Sequence record: SRR2962707_5052 | Reading direction: 5' to 3' (one strand) | DNA length: 54,391 nucleotides | Shown: positions 29,559-40,286 of the stretch, one piece after another | Layout of the letters: every line of letters starts with the position of its first letter | Position numbering within the stretch: the stretch's first letter is position 1 | Program-made: the position numbers and the translations under genes | The notes under the pieces: model-generated | Seen by the model: the letters and a program-made list of their open reading frames with translations, nothing else | Database searches by the model: none | Told to the model about the DNA's origin: nothing

Positions 29559-30973
29559 TAATAACCTGGATTTTGAGGTTTAATATTTGGATTAGCATTG
29601 AGTTCATCCAATGGAATTGGAAGAATGAATTTGTCGTTAGGGTAGGTTGCTTCAATACTATTTTCACCTTGAATAATACTTACATCCATTTTATTTCTGT
29701 TGAGGTCGAATAATCGGTTTCCTTCAAAGGCCAATTCTTTTCTTCTTTCTTCAATTATTTTATCGATTAAAGCTTGTCCAGTTTCAGTTACATCTTCTGT
29801 AGTTGGATTTGCTCGTTTCATAATGGTTTCTAGATCAGCTTGTGCTTTATCAAACTCATTATTTTTTGCATAAGCTTCTGCTCGAATAAGGTATTGTTCT
29901 GAAAGACGTAAAATCCTAATATTGTCGGTGTATTGGGTTCCTTCTGGAAATTTAAACACAAATAGGGCGTTGTCTTCAGCTCCTTGCTTTGATCCTTCTG
30001 TAACAGTGGTTTTTCTAATGTCGTTGGCATCATAACTGTTGTATAAATCTGGTGTTACTAATGCATCAGCATAACCACTTGGGTCAAAATAATGTCCTAA
30101 ACTATTAGTTCCTTCATTATCTGCAATGGTATTTATGATTTCAAATATAGACTCACTATTAAATTCACTTGCCCAGATATCACTATAGTTTTCATTTGAA
30201 ACTAAAGAATAACCTCCTTTTTCAATAACTTCAGAGCTGTACTTTATAGCGTTACTATAGTTATCCTGATAGATAGCTACCCTTGCAGCTAATGCTTTTG
30301 CTGCATAATTTGTAAATCTCCCGTCATTATTTGTAGATGTTAAATTAGAAATAGCCATATTTAAATCGCTGTTTATTTGAGCATAGACTTCACTTACTGT
30401 GTTTCTAGATGGAGAGATATTCTCATCTGTTGAGGTATTAACAAGCGGGATTCCTAAATGGTCGGCTGCTGCTGTGAAGTTATACGGCTGTGCAAATAAG
30501 CGTGCTAAATCAAAATGAGCAAGTGCTCTAATGGCATATACTTCTCCAATTAATTGATTAATTTCATTTTGTTGTTCAGTAGTTGTTGCTTCTAGCTTTT
30601 CACCTCCATCTATTACTTTAGTGGCATTTGCAACTACTTCATATATAGCATTCCAAGTATCTTCTACGTAAGTATTTTCTTCATTTACTATAAAATTATC
30701 AAAGTCAAGATACCTTCCTGTATTTCTAGAGCTTAAGTATAAATTATCGGCCATTAGTTCAGGAATTACATACATGCTTCTTCCATAATAAGCATCACTT
30801 TGAAGTTTACTATACACGCCATTAACTGCTGTTTGGAGTGTTTTAATGTCTACAACGGCATTTTCTGAAGGAACATTTTGTTCTGGGTCTATATCTAGAA
30901 AATCGCTGCTACATGCCGAAAGTGCAATAATTGCACAGAAGCAACTAATTATATGTTTAATATTGAATGTCAT
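29558..30973 (-). CDS. susD: SusD/RagB lipoprotein
   Basis: Lipobox LSAC; GEVYAIRALAHFDLAR, AAKALAARV, LRLSEQYLIRAEA, ERRKELAFEGNRLFDL, QNPGY. Confidence 0.93.
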   Translation of the reverse strand: MTFNIKHIISCFCAIIALSACSSDFLDIDPEQNVPSENAVVDIKTLQTAVNGVYSKLQSDAYYGRSMYVIPELMADNLYLSSRNTGRYLDFDNFIVNEENTYVEDTWNAIYEVVANATKVIDGGEKLEATTTEQQNEINQLIGEVYAIRALAHFDLARLFAQPYNFTAAADHLGIPLVNTSTDENISPSRNTVSEVYAQINSDLNMAISNLTSTNNDGRFTNYAAKALAARVAIYQDNYSNAIKYSSEVIEKGGYSLVSNENYSDIWASEFNSESIFEIINTIADNEGTNSLGHYFDPSGYADALVTPDLYNSYDANDIRKTTVTEGSKQGAEDNALFVFKFPEGTQYTDNIRILRLSEQYLIRAEAYAKNNEFDKAQADLETIMKRANPTTEDVTETGQALIDKIIEERRKELAFEGNRLFDLNRNKMDVSIIQGENSIEATYPNDKFILPIPLDELNANPNIKPQNPGY

Positions 30974-30984
30974 GTTTTTTATTT

Positions 30985-33900
30985 TTAGAATGAAAAGTCT
31001 ATACCGAATAAGAATTGTTTTGAAATTGGGATTCTCAAATCAGATTTACCATTTACACCAACCTCAGGATCCATTTCTATTTTTTTATCTTTTACCCATG
31101 TAAGCGTATTCGTTCCTTTGATGTAAAATCTAAGGTTACTAATGTTTAATTTATTAGAAATATCTTCTGGTAATGAATATGAAAAAGTTACATCACGAAG
31201 CCTTAAGTAAGTACCGTCGTATAAAAATCTGGAAGAATGTTGACTAGAACTTCCAGATTGATCATTACTCCACACAACTTTAGGAACATCTGTAATGTCT
31301 CCTGGTTCTTGCCATCTGTTTTCGTAGATGTTTCGGGTCATGTTTCCTCTATCATTAAGTCCTGCGCTACCATCGCTATTAGTATATCTCCCCCAATAGT
31401 CGTAAACTTTATTTCCATAATTAAGGTAAAACATAAACGACAAGCTAAAATCTTTATAGCTTAAAGTATTGGTAAGACCTGCATAAAAGTCTGGAAGTGC
31501 ACTTCCTTGCTCATAAGGATTTGCTTGGCTATACTCATTTGTAGTTTGAGCTTCTGTGCCGTCTGTATACCATAAAGCATCTCCGTTGTTTGGGTCAACT
31601 CCAGCATAACCAGGCATGTAAAAGGAGTAAAAATCTCCTCCTACTTCTCTAATATATTCATCTCCAATAATAGGTTCATCAGAATCTAATTTGGTTATTT
31701 CATTGTTGTTTGAAGTATAATTAATGTTAGTAGACCAGCTAAAACCATTTGGGTTGTCAATATTGATAGTGTTAAGAGCCAATTCCCAACCTGAATTTTT
31801 CATTTCTCCAATGTTTGCTAAATAATCTGTAATTCCATTGGTAGCAGAAATAGGTACTTCAAACAGTAAATCGGAAGTGGTTCTTGTGTAATATTCTACC
31901 GTTCCGCTTATTCTATTTATTAAATTGAAATCCATTCCTACGTTAAATGGTTTATTTTTCTCCCAAGTAAGTTGCGGATTGGATTGTTGACTATATGCAT
32001 AACCAGGGTCTCCATTGTAATCCTCACCCGTTTCATAAAGCCCACGTGAAGCAAAATTTGCAATTTCTTGGTTTCCATTTACCCCATAACTACTTCTCAA
32101 CTTTAATTGTTTTATAAAGCTTTGGTTTTTCATAAATTTTTCTGAGCTTAAATTCCAAGCTACCCCTATAGAGCCAAAGTTAGCATAGCGTACATCCGAA
32201 CCGAACCTTGAAGAACCATCTCTTCTAGCAGTTAAATTTAAAATATACCTATTCATTAATGTATAGTTGGTGTTGAAGAAGTATGAAATTATAGAGGAAG
32301 CACTTTTACTACTAGAAGCACTTTCATATACAGAGGCATTTTCAAGAGTTGTTAACCCTGGAGCTCCATAATTACTTGCATTTGCATAAACATCGCTCTG
32401 ATCTATTTTTTGAGCTTCTTGACCTAAAAGAAAGTTGAGACGATGGTTGTTATTTAGTTCCCAATTGTATTTCAATAAGTTGGTAATGTTGTAATTTAAA
32501 ATATTATTATCATACGCAGTTCCTTCTCCACCTTTGTTTCGAGCAACACCAAAATCTGGATTGTTATATTCAAACTCATTTGCTAAGTTAAAATCTACAT
32601 TCCCTTTAGTTTCAAAGCTTAAATTATCTGTAAATTGGTAGGTAAGTCCTAAATTTCCTTGAATTCCATAAAGTTTTGTTTCTCTAATATCTTCATTAAC
32701 CAATCCTACTGGGTTGTATGTTAGTAAAATGTCTGTATTATAAGATCCATCTTCGTTATATACAGGTTCCCATGGAACTGTTCTATAAATAGCTCTAACT
32801 GGGTTTGCGGCATTACCACCATCTTCATTTGTGTTTATTTTCTGATTACTCACAGAAACACCCATGTTAATTTTTAATTTTTCAGTGGCTTGGTGCGTAA
32901 CATTTAATTTTGCGTTTAACTTTTTATAATCAATTCCTATTATAACTGCTTTTTGATCAAAATAACCTAAAGAAGCATAGAAACTTGTTTTTTCACTTCC
33001 ACCGCTGGCACTAATATTATATTGATTGTATTCCCCATCTCTAGAAATAACATCAAGCCAATTTGTGTTAACAGTTCTATCAATTCTACTATAAATATAG
33101 TCTTCGGCTTCTTGTTGAGTGTCACCAATATTTACTCGTCCTTCTACCAATAATTCTGAGAGTTCATTAGTGTTTAGTGGCTTGTTGTAATCTCTTACAA
33201 TCATACTGCTCACCCCATATTGTGTGCTTACATCAAATTTTGTTTTTCCAGATTTACCTTTTTTAGTGGTTATTAAAATAACACCGTTGGCACCTCTAGA
33301 TCCATAAATAGACGTAGCAGATGCATCTTTTAAAACCGTAATTGAAGCAATATCTTTTGGGTTAATTCCGGCAATAGTATTTGAGCTAGTGGCAATTCTA
33401 GAAATATTACCAGAAACAACAGGAATTCCATCTACTACATATAGCGGGTCTGAATTAGCATTAATAGATCCAATTCCTCTAATTCTAATGTCTGGAGCAG
33501 CACCTGGCTGACCACTTTGAGTTGAAATTTGAACCCCAGCTACATTTCCTTGAAGCGCTTCTTGGAAGGATGGAAGTGGTGAATTCTCCACTTTATCTAA
33601 AGCAACATCTACAGCAGCACCAGTATATGACGATTTACTTTGAGTATTGTATGCCACAACAATAACTTCACTAAGTTCATTAGCATCAGATTTAAGGGTG
33701 ACATTTATTTTATTTGTGGAGCCGTCTATTGCAACTTCTTTAGTTTGTAAGCCAATGTAGCTAAAAACTAACGTACTATTTTTATCAGTCGAAATAGAGA
33801 AATTACCATCAAAATCGGTTTGTGTTCCAGTTGCAGAGCCTTTAACAAGTATATTTACGCCAGGTAAAGGTACGCTAGATTCATCTTTAACTGTTCCAGT

Positions 33901-34368
33901 AATTACAATTTTATCTTGTAGTAAACTATTAATAGAAATATTAGAATGAGGATTTTTAGCATAAGAATCGTTGCTGGATAGGGTAGTGCCCTCAAAATCT
34001 TTAGCAAGTACTATGTTGTTGTTAATTAACTTATATTTAAAATCGGTTCCTTTTAATACATTTTCTAGCACTTCATCAATATTGGTACTTGTTATGCTTG
34101 TATTAATTCTAACCTGTTCGTTTATAATTGCATTATTGTAGAAAAACACGTAATCGGTTTGTTTTTCTATGGTTAGTAAAACTTCTTTTAGCTCAGTATT
34201 TTTATAGTTTAAGCTAATAGTTTGTCCATATAGATCGCTCCCCGAAGCTGAAATTTTTACAATAGTAAGGCAAAGAATTAATGCATAGATTTTCATGATG
34301 AGGAATAGTTTTCTAGAGGAACAATGTGTGCATAAAATATGCCTAGCATTGTTTTGCTTTTTTTTCAT
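30985..34368 (-). CDS. susC: SusC TonB-dependent transducer with N-terminal STN signalling domain
   Basis: STN (ISLNYKNTELKEVLLTIEKQTDYVFFYN), PLPGVNILVKG, PLYVVDGIP, INPKDIASITVLKDASATSIYGSRGANGVILITTK. Confidence 0.95.
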   Translation of the reverse strand: MKKKQNNARHILCTHCSSRKLFLIMKIYALILCLTIVKISASGSDLYGQTISLNYKNTELKEVLLTIEKQTDYVFFYNNAIINEQVRINTSITSTNIDEVLENVLKGTDFKYKLINNNIVLAKDFEGTTLSSNDSYAKNPHSNISINSLLQDKIVITGTVKDESSVPLPGVNILVKGSATGTQTDFDGNFSISTDKNSTLVFSYIGLQTKEVAIDGSTNKINVTLKSDANELSEVIVVAYNTQSKSSYTGAAVDVALDKVENSPLPSFQEALQGNVAGVQISTQSGQPGAAPDIRIRGIGSINANSDPLYVVDGIPVVSGNISRIATSSNTIAGINPKDIASITVLKDASATSIYGSRGANGVILITTKKGKSGKTKFDVSTQYGVSSMIVRDYNKPLNTNELSELLVEGRVNIGDTQQEAEDYIYSRIDRTVNTNWLDVISRDGEYNQYNISASGGSEKTSFYASLGYFDQKAVIIGIDYKKLNAKLNVTHQATEKLKINMGVSVSNQKINTNEDGGNAANPVRAIYRTVPWEPVYNEDGSYNTDILLTYNPVGLVNEDIRETKLYGIQGNLGLTYQFTDNLSFETKGNVDFNLANEFEYNNPDFGVARNKGGEGTAYDNNILNYNITNLLKYNWELNNNHRLNFLLGQEAQKIDQSDVYANASNYGAPGLTTLENASVYESASSSKSASSIISYFFNTNYTLMNRYILNLTARRDGSSRFGSDVRYANFGSIGVAWNLSSEKFMKNQSFIKQLKLRSSYGVNGNQEIANFASRGLYETGEDYNGDPGYAYSQQSNPQLTWEKNKPFNVGMDFNLINRISGTVEYYTRTTSDLLFEVPISATNGITDYLANIGEMKNSGWELALNTINIDNPNGFSWSTNINYTSNNNEITKLDSDEPIIGDEYIREVGGDFYSFYMPGYAGVDPNNGDALWYTDGTEAQTTNEYSQANPYEQGSALPDFYAGLTNTLSYKDFSLSFMFYLNYGNKVYDYWGRYTNSDGSAGLNDRGNMTRNIYENRWQEPGDITDVPKVVWSNDQSGSSSQHSSRFLYDGTYLRLRDVTFSYSLPEDISNKLNISNLRFYIKGTNTLTWVKDKKIEMDPEVGVNGKSDLRIPISKQFLFGIDFSF

Positions 34369-34375
34369 AATTTTA

Positions 34376-34506
34376 AACGGTTTTTAATGTTAGATTAATT
34401 CTGACAGATTTTACTAAAAGGGGGTGTTCCAGCACCTCCTTTTTCCTGTCTTTTACTCGATATTTGAGACTTGTCTATTCCGCGCATTTGCGTCGGAATG
34501 TTTTTT
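34376..34506 (+). ncRNA. Candidate cis-antisense sRNA in the fecR-susC spacer
   Basis: Plus-strand -7-like TAATTTTA (34368-34375) overlapping the susC ATG; hairpins 34416-34444 and 34477-34499, each followed by T-runs on +. Confidence 0.35.
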
Positions 34507-34516
34507 AATTTTCTTT

Positions 34517-35503
34517 CTATTCCCTCGAAGATTCGCTTTGAGGTAGTTTGCTGAAAATAATTTTTTGCTTTTCTATGTCATAATTATATTGAATAGGGGA
34601 TGAGGTTTTTATAATTTCTAATACTTCATGAACATTATTATCTCTCATGAATTTTCCAGAGAAAGAATAGTTTTCTATGGAAGAATCTTTTATTATGATT
34701 GTAACATTGTACCACCTTTCTAAATTTTTAATTACTTCCCCAAAAGATGTATTGTCAAACGTTAAGATTCCATCTCTCCATGATGTTGACTGCTGTATAG
34801 AGGCATTTTTAATAAGATTTATGGTTTTTTCCGACTTATTAAAAACAACAGTTTGCTTTGGTTTTAAAGTAATTTCTGGAGCAGATTTATGTGGCTTGTA
34901 AATTTCTACCTTTCCGCTTACTAAGGTTGTTTGTGCCGTAAGATCATTGTCGTATGCTTTTACGTTAAACTTTGTGCCCAGCACTTTTACTAAAAAGCCT
35001 TGTTCTGTTTCCACTATAAAAGGTTTTTCTTTATTTCTGGTAACTTCAAAAAAAGCTTCTCCAAAAAGTTTAACAGTTCTGTTTGAGTCATTAAAATCTG
35101 AAGTTACAATCAATTTACTTTCAGAATTAAGCTGTACTTTGCTACCGTCTTTTAAAATAAATTCTTTTTGTTTTCCAATACCCGTAGCATAATATTCTCC
35201 TTTTGCGAATAAACTCTTTGAGTTATTACTGAAAAATAAAGCAGAACCTGCTAAAATTAAAACAGTTACAGTAGCAGCAATACTATAGGTGTATTTCCTA
35301 ATACTGATTCTCTTTTTGAATTTTTTATGCTGATTTGAAATATCTATAACACTTTCATTGCCAAACTTCGAAACATATTTGGCTTTGACTGTATTAAAGT
35401 GTTTTCTGTTTTCTTCTGATGATTTAATCCAATCAATAACCTCTTCTTTAAAAGTAAGATCCCCTTGATTTTGGATAAATTTTATTAAGCTTCTCTCGTC
35501 CAT
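34517..35503 (-). CDS. FecR-family anti-sigma factor
   Basis: N-terminal WIKSSEEN, one TM, LKDGSKVQLNSES, GEAFFEV, VLGTKFNV, LERWYNV. Confidence 0.93.
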   Translation of the reverse strand: MDERSLIKFIQNQGDLTFKEEVIDWIKSSEENRKHFNTVKAKYVSKFGNESVIDISNQHKKFKKRISIRKYTYSIAATVTVLILAGSALFFSNNSKSLFAKGEYYATGIGKQKEFILKDGSKVQLNSESKLIVTSDFNDSNRTVKLFGEAFFEVTRNKEKPFIVETEQGFLVKVLGTKFNVKAYDNDLTAQTTLVSGKVEIYKPHKSAPEITLKPKQTVVFNKSEKTINLIKNASIQQSTSWRDGILTFDNTSFGEVIKNLERWYNVTIIIKDSSIENYSFSGKFMRDNNVHEVLEIIKTSSPIQYNYDIEKQKIIFSKLPQSESSRE

Positions 35504-35514
35504 ATAATAATAAA

Positions 35515-35540
35515 ACGATTCAACTCAAAAATACCCTTAC
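35515..35540 (-). promoter_or_regulatory. Candidate ECF-sigma promoter of fecR-susC
   Basis: Minus strand GTAAGGGTA-N13-TCGT just upstream of fecR ATG; resembles motifs I recall before Bacteroidota fecR genes. Confidence 0.35.
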
Positions 35541-35643
35541 GTGAAATTGTTAAAATTCTACTTTTTATTTAAGTATTTATATAGAAGGTTGTTATTAAGG
35601 AGGTGTTTTTATTGATTTGGTTAGAAAAATTAAAACCTGTGTC

Positions 35644-36222
35644 TTATAGAAAAAGACCCATGTACTCTTGAAGCTCGTGTCTTAAAAATTTTAATGCTTT
35701 TGTAATTTGAGCTTCTACAGTTTTTTGGGAGATACTTAATTCTTCGGCAATTTCTCGGTGCTTAAGACCGTTAAACCTACTTTTTATGAAGATGTCTTTG
35801 CAGGCAGGTGGAAGTTGGTCAATCAAATTGTTAACCTTATTATGTAATTCTTTTTCAATAAGTAATAAGCTGGGGTTATTTTGGAGAGATTCTTGATTGA
35901 TTAGATTTATATCTTTTTCAATTTGATTTTTATATTGTTTTTTTACTTTTTGATGTTTTAAGTAATCAAGGCATTCATTCTTTACCATTGAGAACAGATA
36001 AGCATTAATATTAATGTCTGTAGCTAGCTTGCTTCTTTTTTTCCAAAGTTTGTAAAAAGCATTTTGAACTATTTCTTTGGCATCTTCATCATTGTTAATG
36101 TAATGTTTGGAAAAATAATGAAGTTTATCAAAATAAAGGTTGAATAAAGTTTCATAAGCCGACTCTTTACCTTTTTTTAATTGATGAAGAAAAAAAGAAT
36201 TATTTATACTTATTGGTTTCAA
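35644..36222 (-). CDS. ECF RNA polymerase sigma-70 factor (Bacteroidota PUL type)
   Basis: AKEIVQNAFYKLW, YLFSMVKNECLDYL, LPPACKDIFIKSR..GLKHREIAEELSISQKTVEAQITKAL; TTG start. Confidence 0.93.
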   Translation of the reverse strand: MKPISINNSFFLHQLKKGKESAYETLFNLYFDKLHYFSKHYINNDEDAKEIVQNAFYKLWKKRSKLATDININAYLFSMVKNECLDYLKHQKVKKQYKNQIEKDINLINQESLQNNPSLLLIEKELHNKVNNLIDQLPPACKDIFIKSRFNGLKHREIAEELSISQKTVEAQITKALKFLRHELQEYMGLFL

Positions 36223-36273
36223 ATTTAAGGGGAGTTATGGCACAATATATATTTTTTAATTTAATAAAACAAC

Positions 36274-36296
36274 AAAGCCCCCTAAAAGGAGGCTTT
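36274..36296 (-). terminator. Terminator after clpX
   Basis: Minus strand AAAGCCTCC-TTTTA-GGGGGCTTT-GTTGTTTT. Confidence 0.65.
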
Positions 36297-36320
36297 ATTG
36301 ATAAGGCTGTATAAAAAATA

Positions 36321-37550
36321 TTAAGAAACTGCTTTTAATTTATTTACAGTTATCTTATTTAGTTTTTCTTCAACATATTCTTTGTTTACTTCAAGTTTGT
36401 TTTCTTTTGAACTTGGTAAATCAAACATAGCATCTGTTAAAATGGTTTCGCATAAGGATCTTAATCCACGTGCTCCCAATTCGTATTCTATTGCTTTTTC
36501 AACAATAAAATTTAATGCTTCATCATTTATTTTAAATTCAATATCGTCCATTTCAAACAGTTTTGCGTACTGTTTAATAATAGCATTTTTAGGTTCTGTT
36601 AGGATGGAACGTAGTGTTTCTGCATCCAACGGATCCATATAAGTAAGCACTGGTAATCTCCCTATAATCTCTGGAATCAAACCAAAATCTTTTAAATCTT
36701 TTGGAATAACATATTGTAATAGGTTCTCACGGTCTACTAAATCTTTTTTAGAAACACTGTAACCTACTGCTTGCATGTTTAGCCTTTTGGAAATATGTCT
36801 ATTAATTCCATCAAAGGCACCACCAGCAACAAATAATATATTTTCAGTATTTACTTCAATAAATTTTTGATCTGGATGTTTTCTTCCTCCTTTTGGCGGA
36901 ACATTTACCACAGTTCCTTCTAGAAGTTTTAGCAATGCTTGTTGAACTCCTTCTCCAGATACGTCTCTGGTAATAGAAGGATTATCGCTTTTACGAGCAA
37001 TTTTATCAATTTCATCTATAAAAACAATCCCTCTTTCTGCTTTTTCAAGATTGTAATCTGCTGCCTGTAAGAGACGAGTTAAAATACTTTCTACATCTTC
37101 TCCAACATATCCAGCTTCTGTTAAAACAGTAGCATCTACAATTGCTAAAGGAACATTTAGCATCTTGGCAATAGTTTTTGCCATAAGGGTTTTACCAGTA
37201 CCGGTTTGCCCAACCATGATGATGTTACTTTTTTGGATCTCGATATCGTCTTTACTGGCTGGCTGTAATAATCTTTTATAGTGATTATAAACAGCAACAG
37301 ACATCACTTTTTTAGTAGCATCTTGACCAATGATAAATTGATCTAGATATTCCTTAATCTCAGCTGGTTTTTTTAAAATCAGCTCTGAGGATAATTCACT
37401 ATTCTTAGATTGTTGCGATTCTTCTAATACAATTCCATGTGCTTGTTCAATACAGCGGTCGCAAATATGTGCATCCAGACCCGCTATAAGCAAGCTAGTT
37501 TCTGGCTTTTTTCGACCACAAAATGAACACTCTAATTCTTCTTTCGCCAT
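36321..37550 (-). CDS. clpX: ATP-dependent Clp protease ATP-binding subunit
   Basis: CSFCG/CDRC Zn finger, [44 protein letters not shown]. Confidence 0.98.
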   Translation of the reverse strand: MAKEELECSFCGRKKPETSLLIAGLDAHICDRCIEQAHGIVLEESQQSKNSELSSELILKKPAEIKEYLDQFIIGQDATKKVMSVAVYNHYKRLLQPASKDDIEIQKSNIIMVGQTGTGKTLMAKTIAKMLNVPLAIVDATVLTEAGYVGEDVESILTRLLQAADYNLEKAERGIVFIDEIDKIARKSDNPSITRDVSGEGVQQALLKLLEGTVVNVPPKGGRKHPDQKFIEVNTENILFVAGGAFDGINRHISKRLNMQAVGYSVSKKDLVDRENLLQYVIPKDLKDFGLIPEIIGRLPVLTYMDPLDAETLRSILTEPKNAIIKQYAKLFEMDDIEFKINDEALNFIVEKAIEYELGARGLRSLCETILTDAMFDLPSSKENKLEVNKEYVEEKLNKITVNKLKAVS

Positions 37551-37593
37551 TTTTTTACATTTGTGAAAACGTAATACTACGTTTTCTATTTAA

Positions 37594-38271
37594 TTAGACG
37601 GTTCTTTTTAAAACTTCGTCTATCATTCCGTATGCTTGTGCTTCTTCAGCTTTCATCCAGTAGTCTCGATCGCTATCTTCGGTTACTTTTTCCATAGATT
37701 GCCCTGAATGATTAGCTATGATTTCGTATAATTCTTCTTTTAATTTAAGAATTTCACGTGCTGTTATTTCTATATCACTTGCTTGCCCTTGAGCGCCGCC
37801 TAGTGGTTGGTGTATCATAACACGACTGTGTGGCAAAGCAGAACGTTTTCCTTTTTCTCCAGCACATAATAAAACAGCTCCCATAGATGCCGCCATTCCT
37901 GTACAGATAGTAGCTACGTCTGGTTTAATGTATTGCATAGTGTCATAAATTCCTAAACCAGCATATACACTTCCTCCAGGGGAGTTAATATATATTTGGA
38001 TGTCTTTAGAAGCGTCTGCACTTTCTAAAAACAATAATTGTGCTTGAATAATATTAGCAACTTGATCGTTGATTCCGGTTCCCATAAAAATGATTCTGTC
38101 CATCATCAATCTAGAAAATACATCCATAGCAACAGCATTTAACTGACGCTCTTCGATAATGTTTGGGGTAAGTCCCACGGGAGTCATAGCGCTTACAATT
38201 TTGTCGTAATACATGCTATTAATTCCTCTATCTTTTGTGGCAAAAGCCTTAAATTCTTTTTCGAAATTCAT
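37594..38271 (-). CDS. clpP: Clp protease proteolytic subunit
   Basis: [35 protein letters not shown]. Confidence 0.98.
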   Translation of the reverse strand: MNFEKEFKAFATKDRGINSMYYDKIVSAMTPVGLTPNIIEERQLNAVAMDVFSRLMMDRIIFMGTGINDQVANIIQAQLLFLESADASKDIQIYINSPGGSVYAGLGIYDTMQYIKPDVATICTGMAASMGAVLLCAGEKGKRSALPHSRVMIHQPLGGAQGQASDIEITAREILKLKEELYEIIANHSGQSMEKVTEDSDRDYWMKAEEAQAYGMIDEVLKRTV

Positions 38272-38300
38272 AAATTATATTTACTGTTTTTTTAGTACGT

Positions 38301-38333
38301 AAAAAGGCGTTAAAACTTACAGTTTAACGCCTT
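38301..38333 (-). terminator. Terminator-like hairpin between tig and clpP
   Basis: Minus strand AAGGCGTTAAA-CTGTAAGT-TTTAACGCCTTTTT. Confidence 0.7.
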
Positions 38334-38361
38334 AAAGATACTTAATTTATTTTATAAGGAT

Positions 38362-39684
38362 TTACCCATAAACTTCTTTAACAAAGTTTTCGTAAGTAAT
38401 CTCTTTTGTCTTTAAGTTTGCTTTTTCCTTGTATAAATTCACAAGTTTTTCGCTCATTATTTGTTCAGACAATCTTTTAGCTTCTTCTTGATTAGATAAA
38501 ACACGTGAAGAAATGTTTTCTAGAACTTCTTCCTCTGGATCTGTTTGTCCAAATTGTGCCATTTGCATACGTACGTATTTTTTAGCAAATTCTTTAAGCT
38601 CATCATAACTAACTTGAAGGTCATTGTTGTTAATAATTTTTCCTTCGATAAGTTGATATCTTAATCCTTTTTCAGATTTAGCATATTCTTCGCTAGCTTC
38701 TTCTTCAGAAAGATTGTTCTCTCCAGTAGCTTGAATCCATTTGGTAAGGAATTCAGCAGGAAGGTCAAATTTAGTATTTTCAACTAAATATTCAGTAATG
38801 TCATTTAAAAGTCTTTGGTCTGCTTGTTGAGCAAATTGCTTTTCAGCATCTTCTTTGATTTTAGCTCTCATTTCTTCTTCTGAAGTAACAACACCTTCAC
38901 CAAAAAGCTTATCAAATAACTCTTGGTTTAATTCGGTAGCTTCTCTTTTGTTAGCTTCATCTATTGTAAATGTAACTTCAATATCTAAATCGTGAGCCTC
39001 ATCATGTTCTACTTTTAAGAAGTTAATCAAATCATGATCGTCTTCAAAAAGTCCTTTAGTTTTAAGTTCTAAAGTATCTCCTACTTTAGCACCAACAAAT
39101 TTATTTAGGTTTCTTTTACCTTTAAGTTTGTCTAAAGTAAGTGTTGTTCTGTTCTCAAGTCCTTTTTCTTCATTTTTAAAAACTCCAGTAACTTCACTTT
39201 CTTCTGTAACTTCGTCTTGAGCGATTAATTTACCGTATTGTTTTGCAATTCTATCAACTTGCTCATCAATCATTTTATCGTCTGCAATGATTTGGTATTG
39301 AGTAATTGCTTTTTTAGTTTTTAAATCAACATCAAAAGCAGGAGCAAGACCTAATTCAAATTCAAAAGAAAAATTTTCAGCATCCCAATCTAAATCATCT
39401 TGTGCTTTAGGAAGTGGATTTCCAAGTACGTCTAATTTTTCTTCAGTAAGATATTTGTTTAGTGAATCTTGTAAAAGCTTATTTACTTCATCAACTAAAA
39501 CAGCTTTTCCATATTGCTTTTTAACCAATCCCATTGGAACATGTCCTTTTCTAAAACCTGGGATGTTTGCAGTTTTTCGGTAGTCGGTTAAAATACTATC
39601 TACTTTATCGCTGTAATCTTCTTTTGTAATAGCAACTTTTACTATTGCATTTAAATCGTCAATTTGCTCTTTCGTAATGTTCAT
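38362..39684 (-). CDS. tig: Trigger factor
   Basis: IPGFRKGHVP signature; start MNITKEQ at 39684, with -7 TACTTTTG at 39728-39721 inside the longer ORF call. Confidence 0.95.
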   Translation of the reverse strand: MNITKEQIDDLNAIVKVAITKEDYSDKVDSILTDYRKTANIPGFRKGHVPMGLVKKQYGKAVLVDEVNKLLQDSLNKYLTEEKLDVLGNPLPKAQDDLDWDAENFSFEFELGLAPAFDVDLKTKKAITQYQIIADDKMIDEQVDRIAKQYGKLIAQDEVTEESEVTGVFKNEEKGLENRTTLTLDKLKGKRNLNKFVGAKVGDTLELKTKGLFEDDHDLINFLKVEHDEAHDLDIEVTFTIDEANKREATELNQELFDKLFGEGVVTSEEEMRAKIKEDAEKQFAQQADQRLLNDITEYLVENTKFDLPAEFLTKWIQATGENNLSEEEASEEYAKSEKGLRYQLIEGKIINNNDLQVSYDELKEFAKKYVRMQMAQFGQTDPEEEVLENISSRVLSNQEEAKRLSEQIMSEKLVNLYKEKANLKTKEITYENFVKEVYG

Positions 39685-39944
39685 TCTCAAAAAATATTTA
39701 ATAGCCCGTAAATGGGCATGCAAAAGTAAAACATTTTCAAAAGTTAACCAAGTTTTTAAAAGGCTGAAAAACAAATTCTTAATTTTTATTTTCCAGTTTT
39801 CATTTAGAAGTCCTAAATAAGGGCATTAAATGGTAATTGGTTAACTTTTATGATGTCTTATTTTATTAAAATTTTAAGATTTTTAAACTGAAATAAATGC
39901 TCTTTTTTAAGAAGATTTAATCACTTTTTGTTAATAATCGAGAT

Positions 39945-40286
39945 TTATTCTGCGCCTACTAAAGATTCAAAAATAGACTGTAGAATAGATAGTAGTAAAC
40001 TGAATAATAATGCCCACCATATGTTTACAACGGAAAATCCACCTACAAAATAATCTGCAAGTAAAATTATACAGGCATTAATAATTAGTAAGAATAACCC
40101 TAATGTAATAATGGTAACTGGAAGGGTAAGGATTACTAAAATTGGTTTTACTATAAAATTTAATAGCGCCAAAACTATGGCAACTATTATTGCAGTTCCG
40201 TAACTTTCTACGCCTACGCCAGGAAGTATTTTTGCTAAAATAACTACGGAGATAGCTGTTAAAAGTATTTTGATTATAAATTTCAT
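39945..40286 (-). CDS. YvlD/'phage holin family 4' 4-TM membrane protein
   Basis: LLNFIVKPILVILTLPVTIITLGLFLLIINA. Confidence 0.85.
   Translation of the reverse strand: MKFIIKILLTAISVVILAKILPGVGVESYGTAIIVAIVLALLNFIVKPILVILTLPVTIITLGLFLLIINACIILLADYFVGGFSVVNIWWALLFSLLLSILQSIFESLVGAE

Noticed and set aside
39945-40286. 'Phage holin' as evidence of a prophage
   Set aside because: YvlD-like family is commonly chromosomal; no phage structural, lysin or integrase genes nearby
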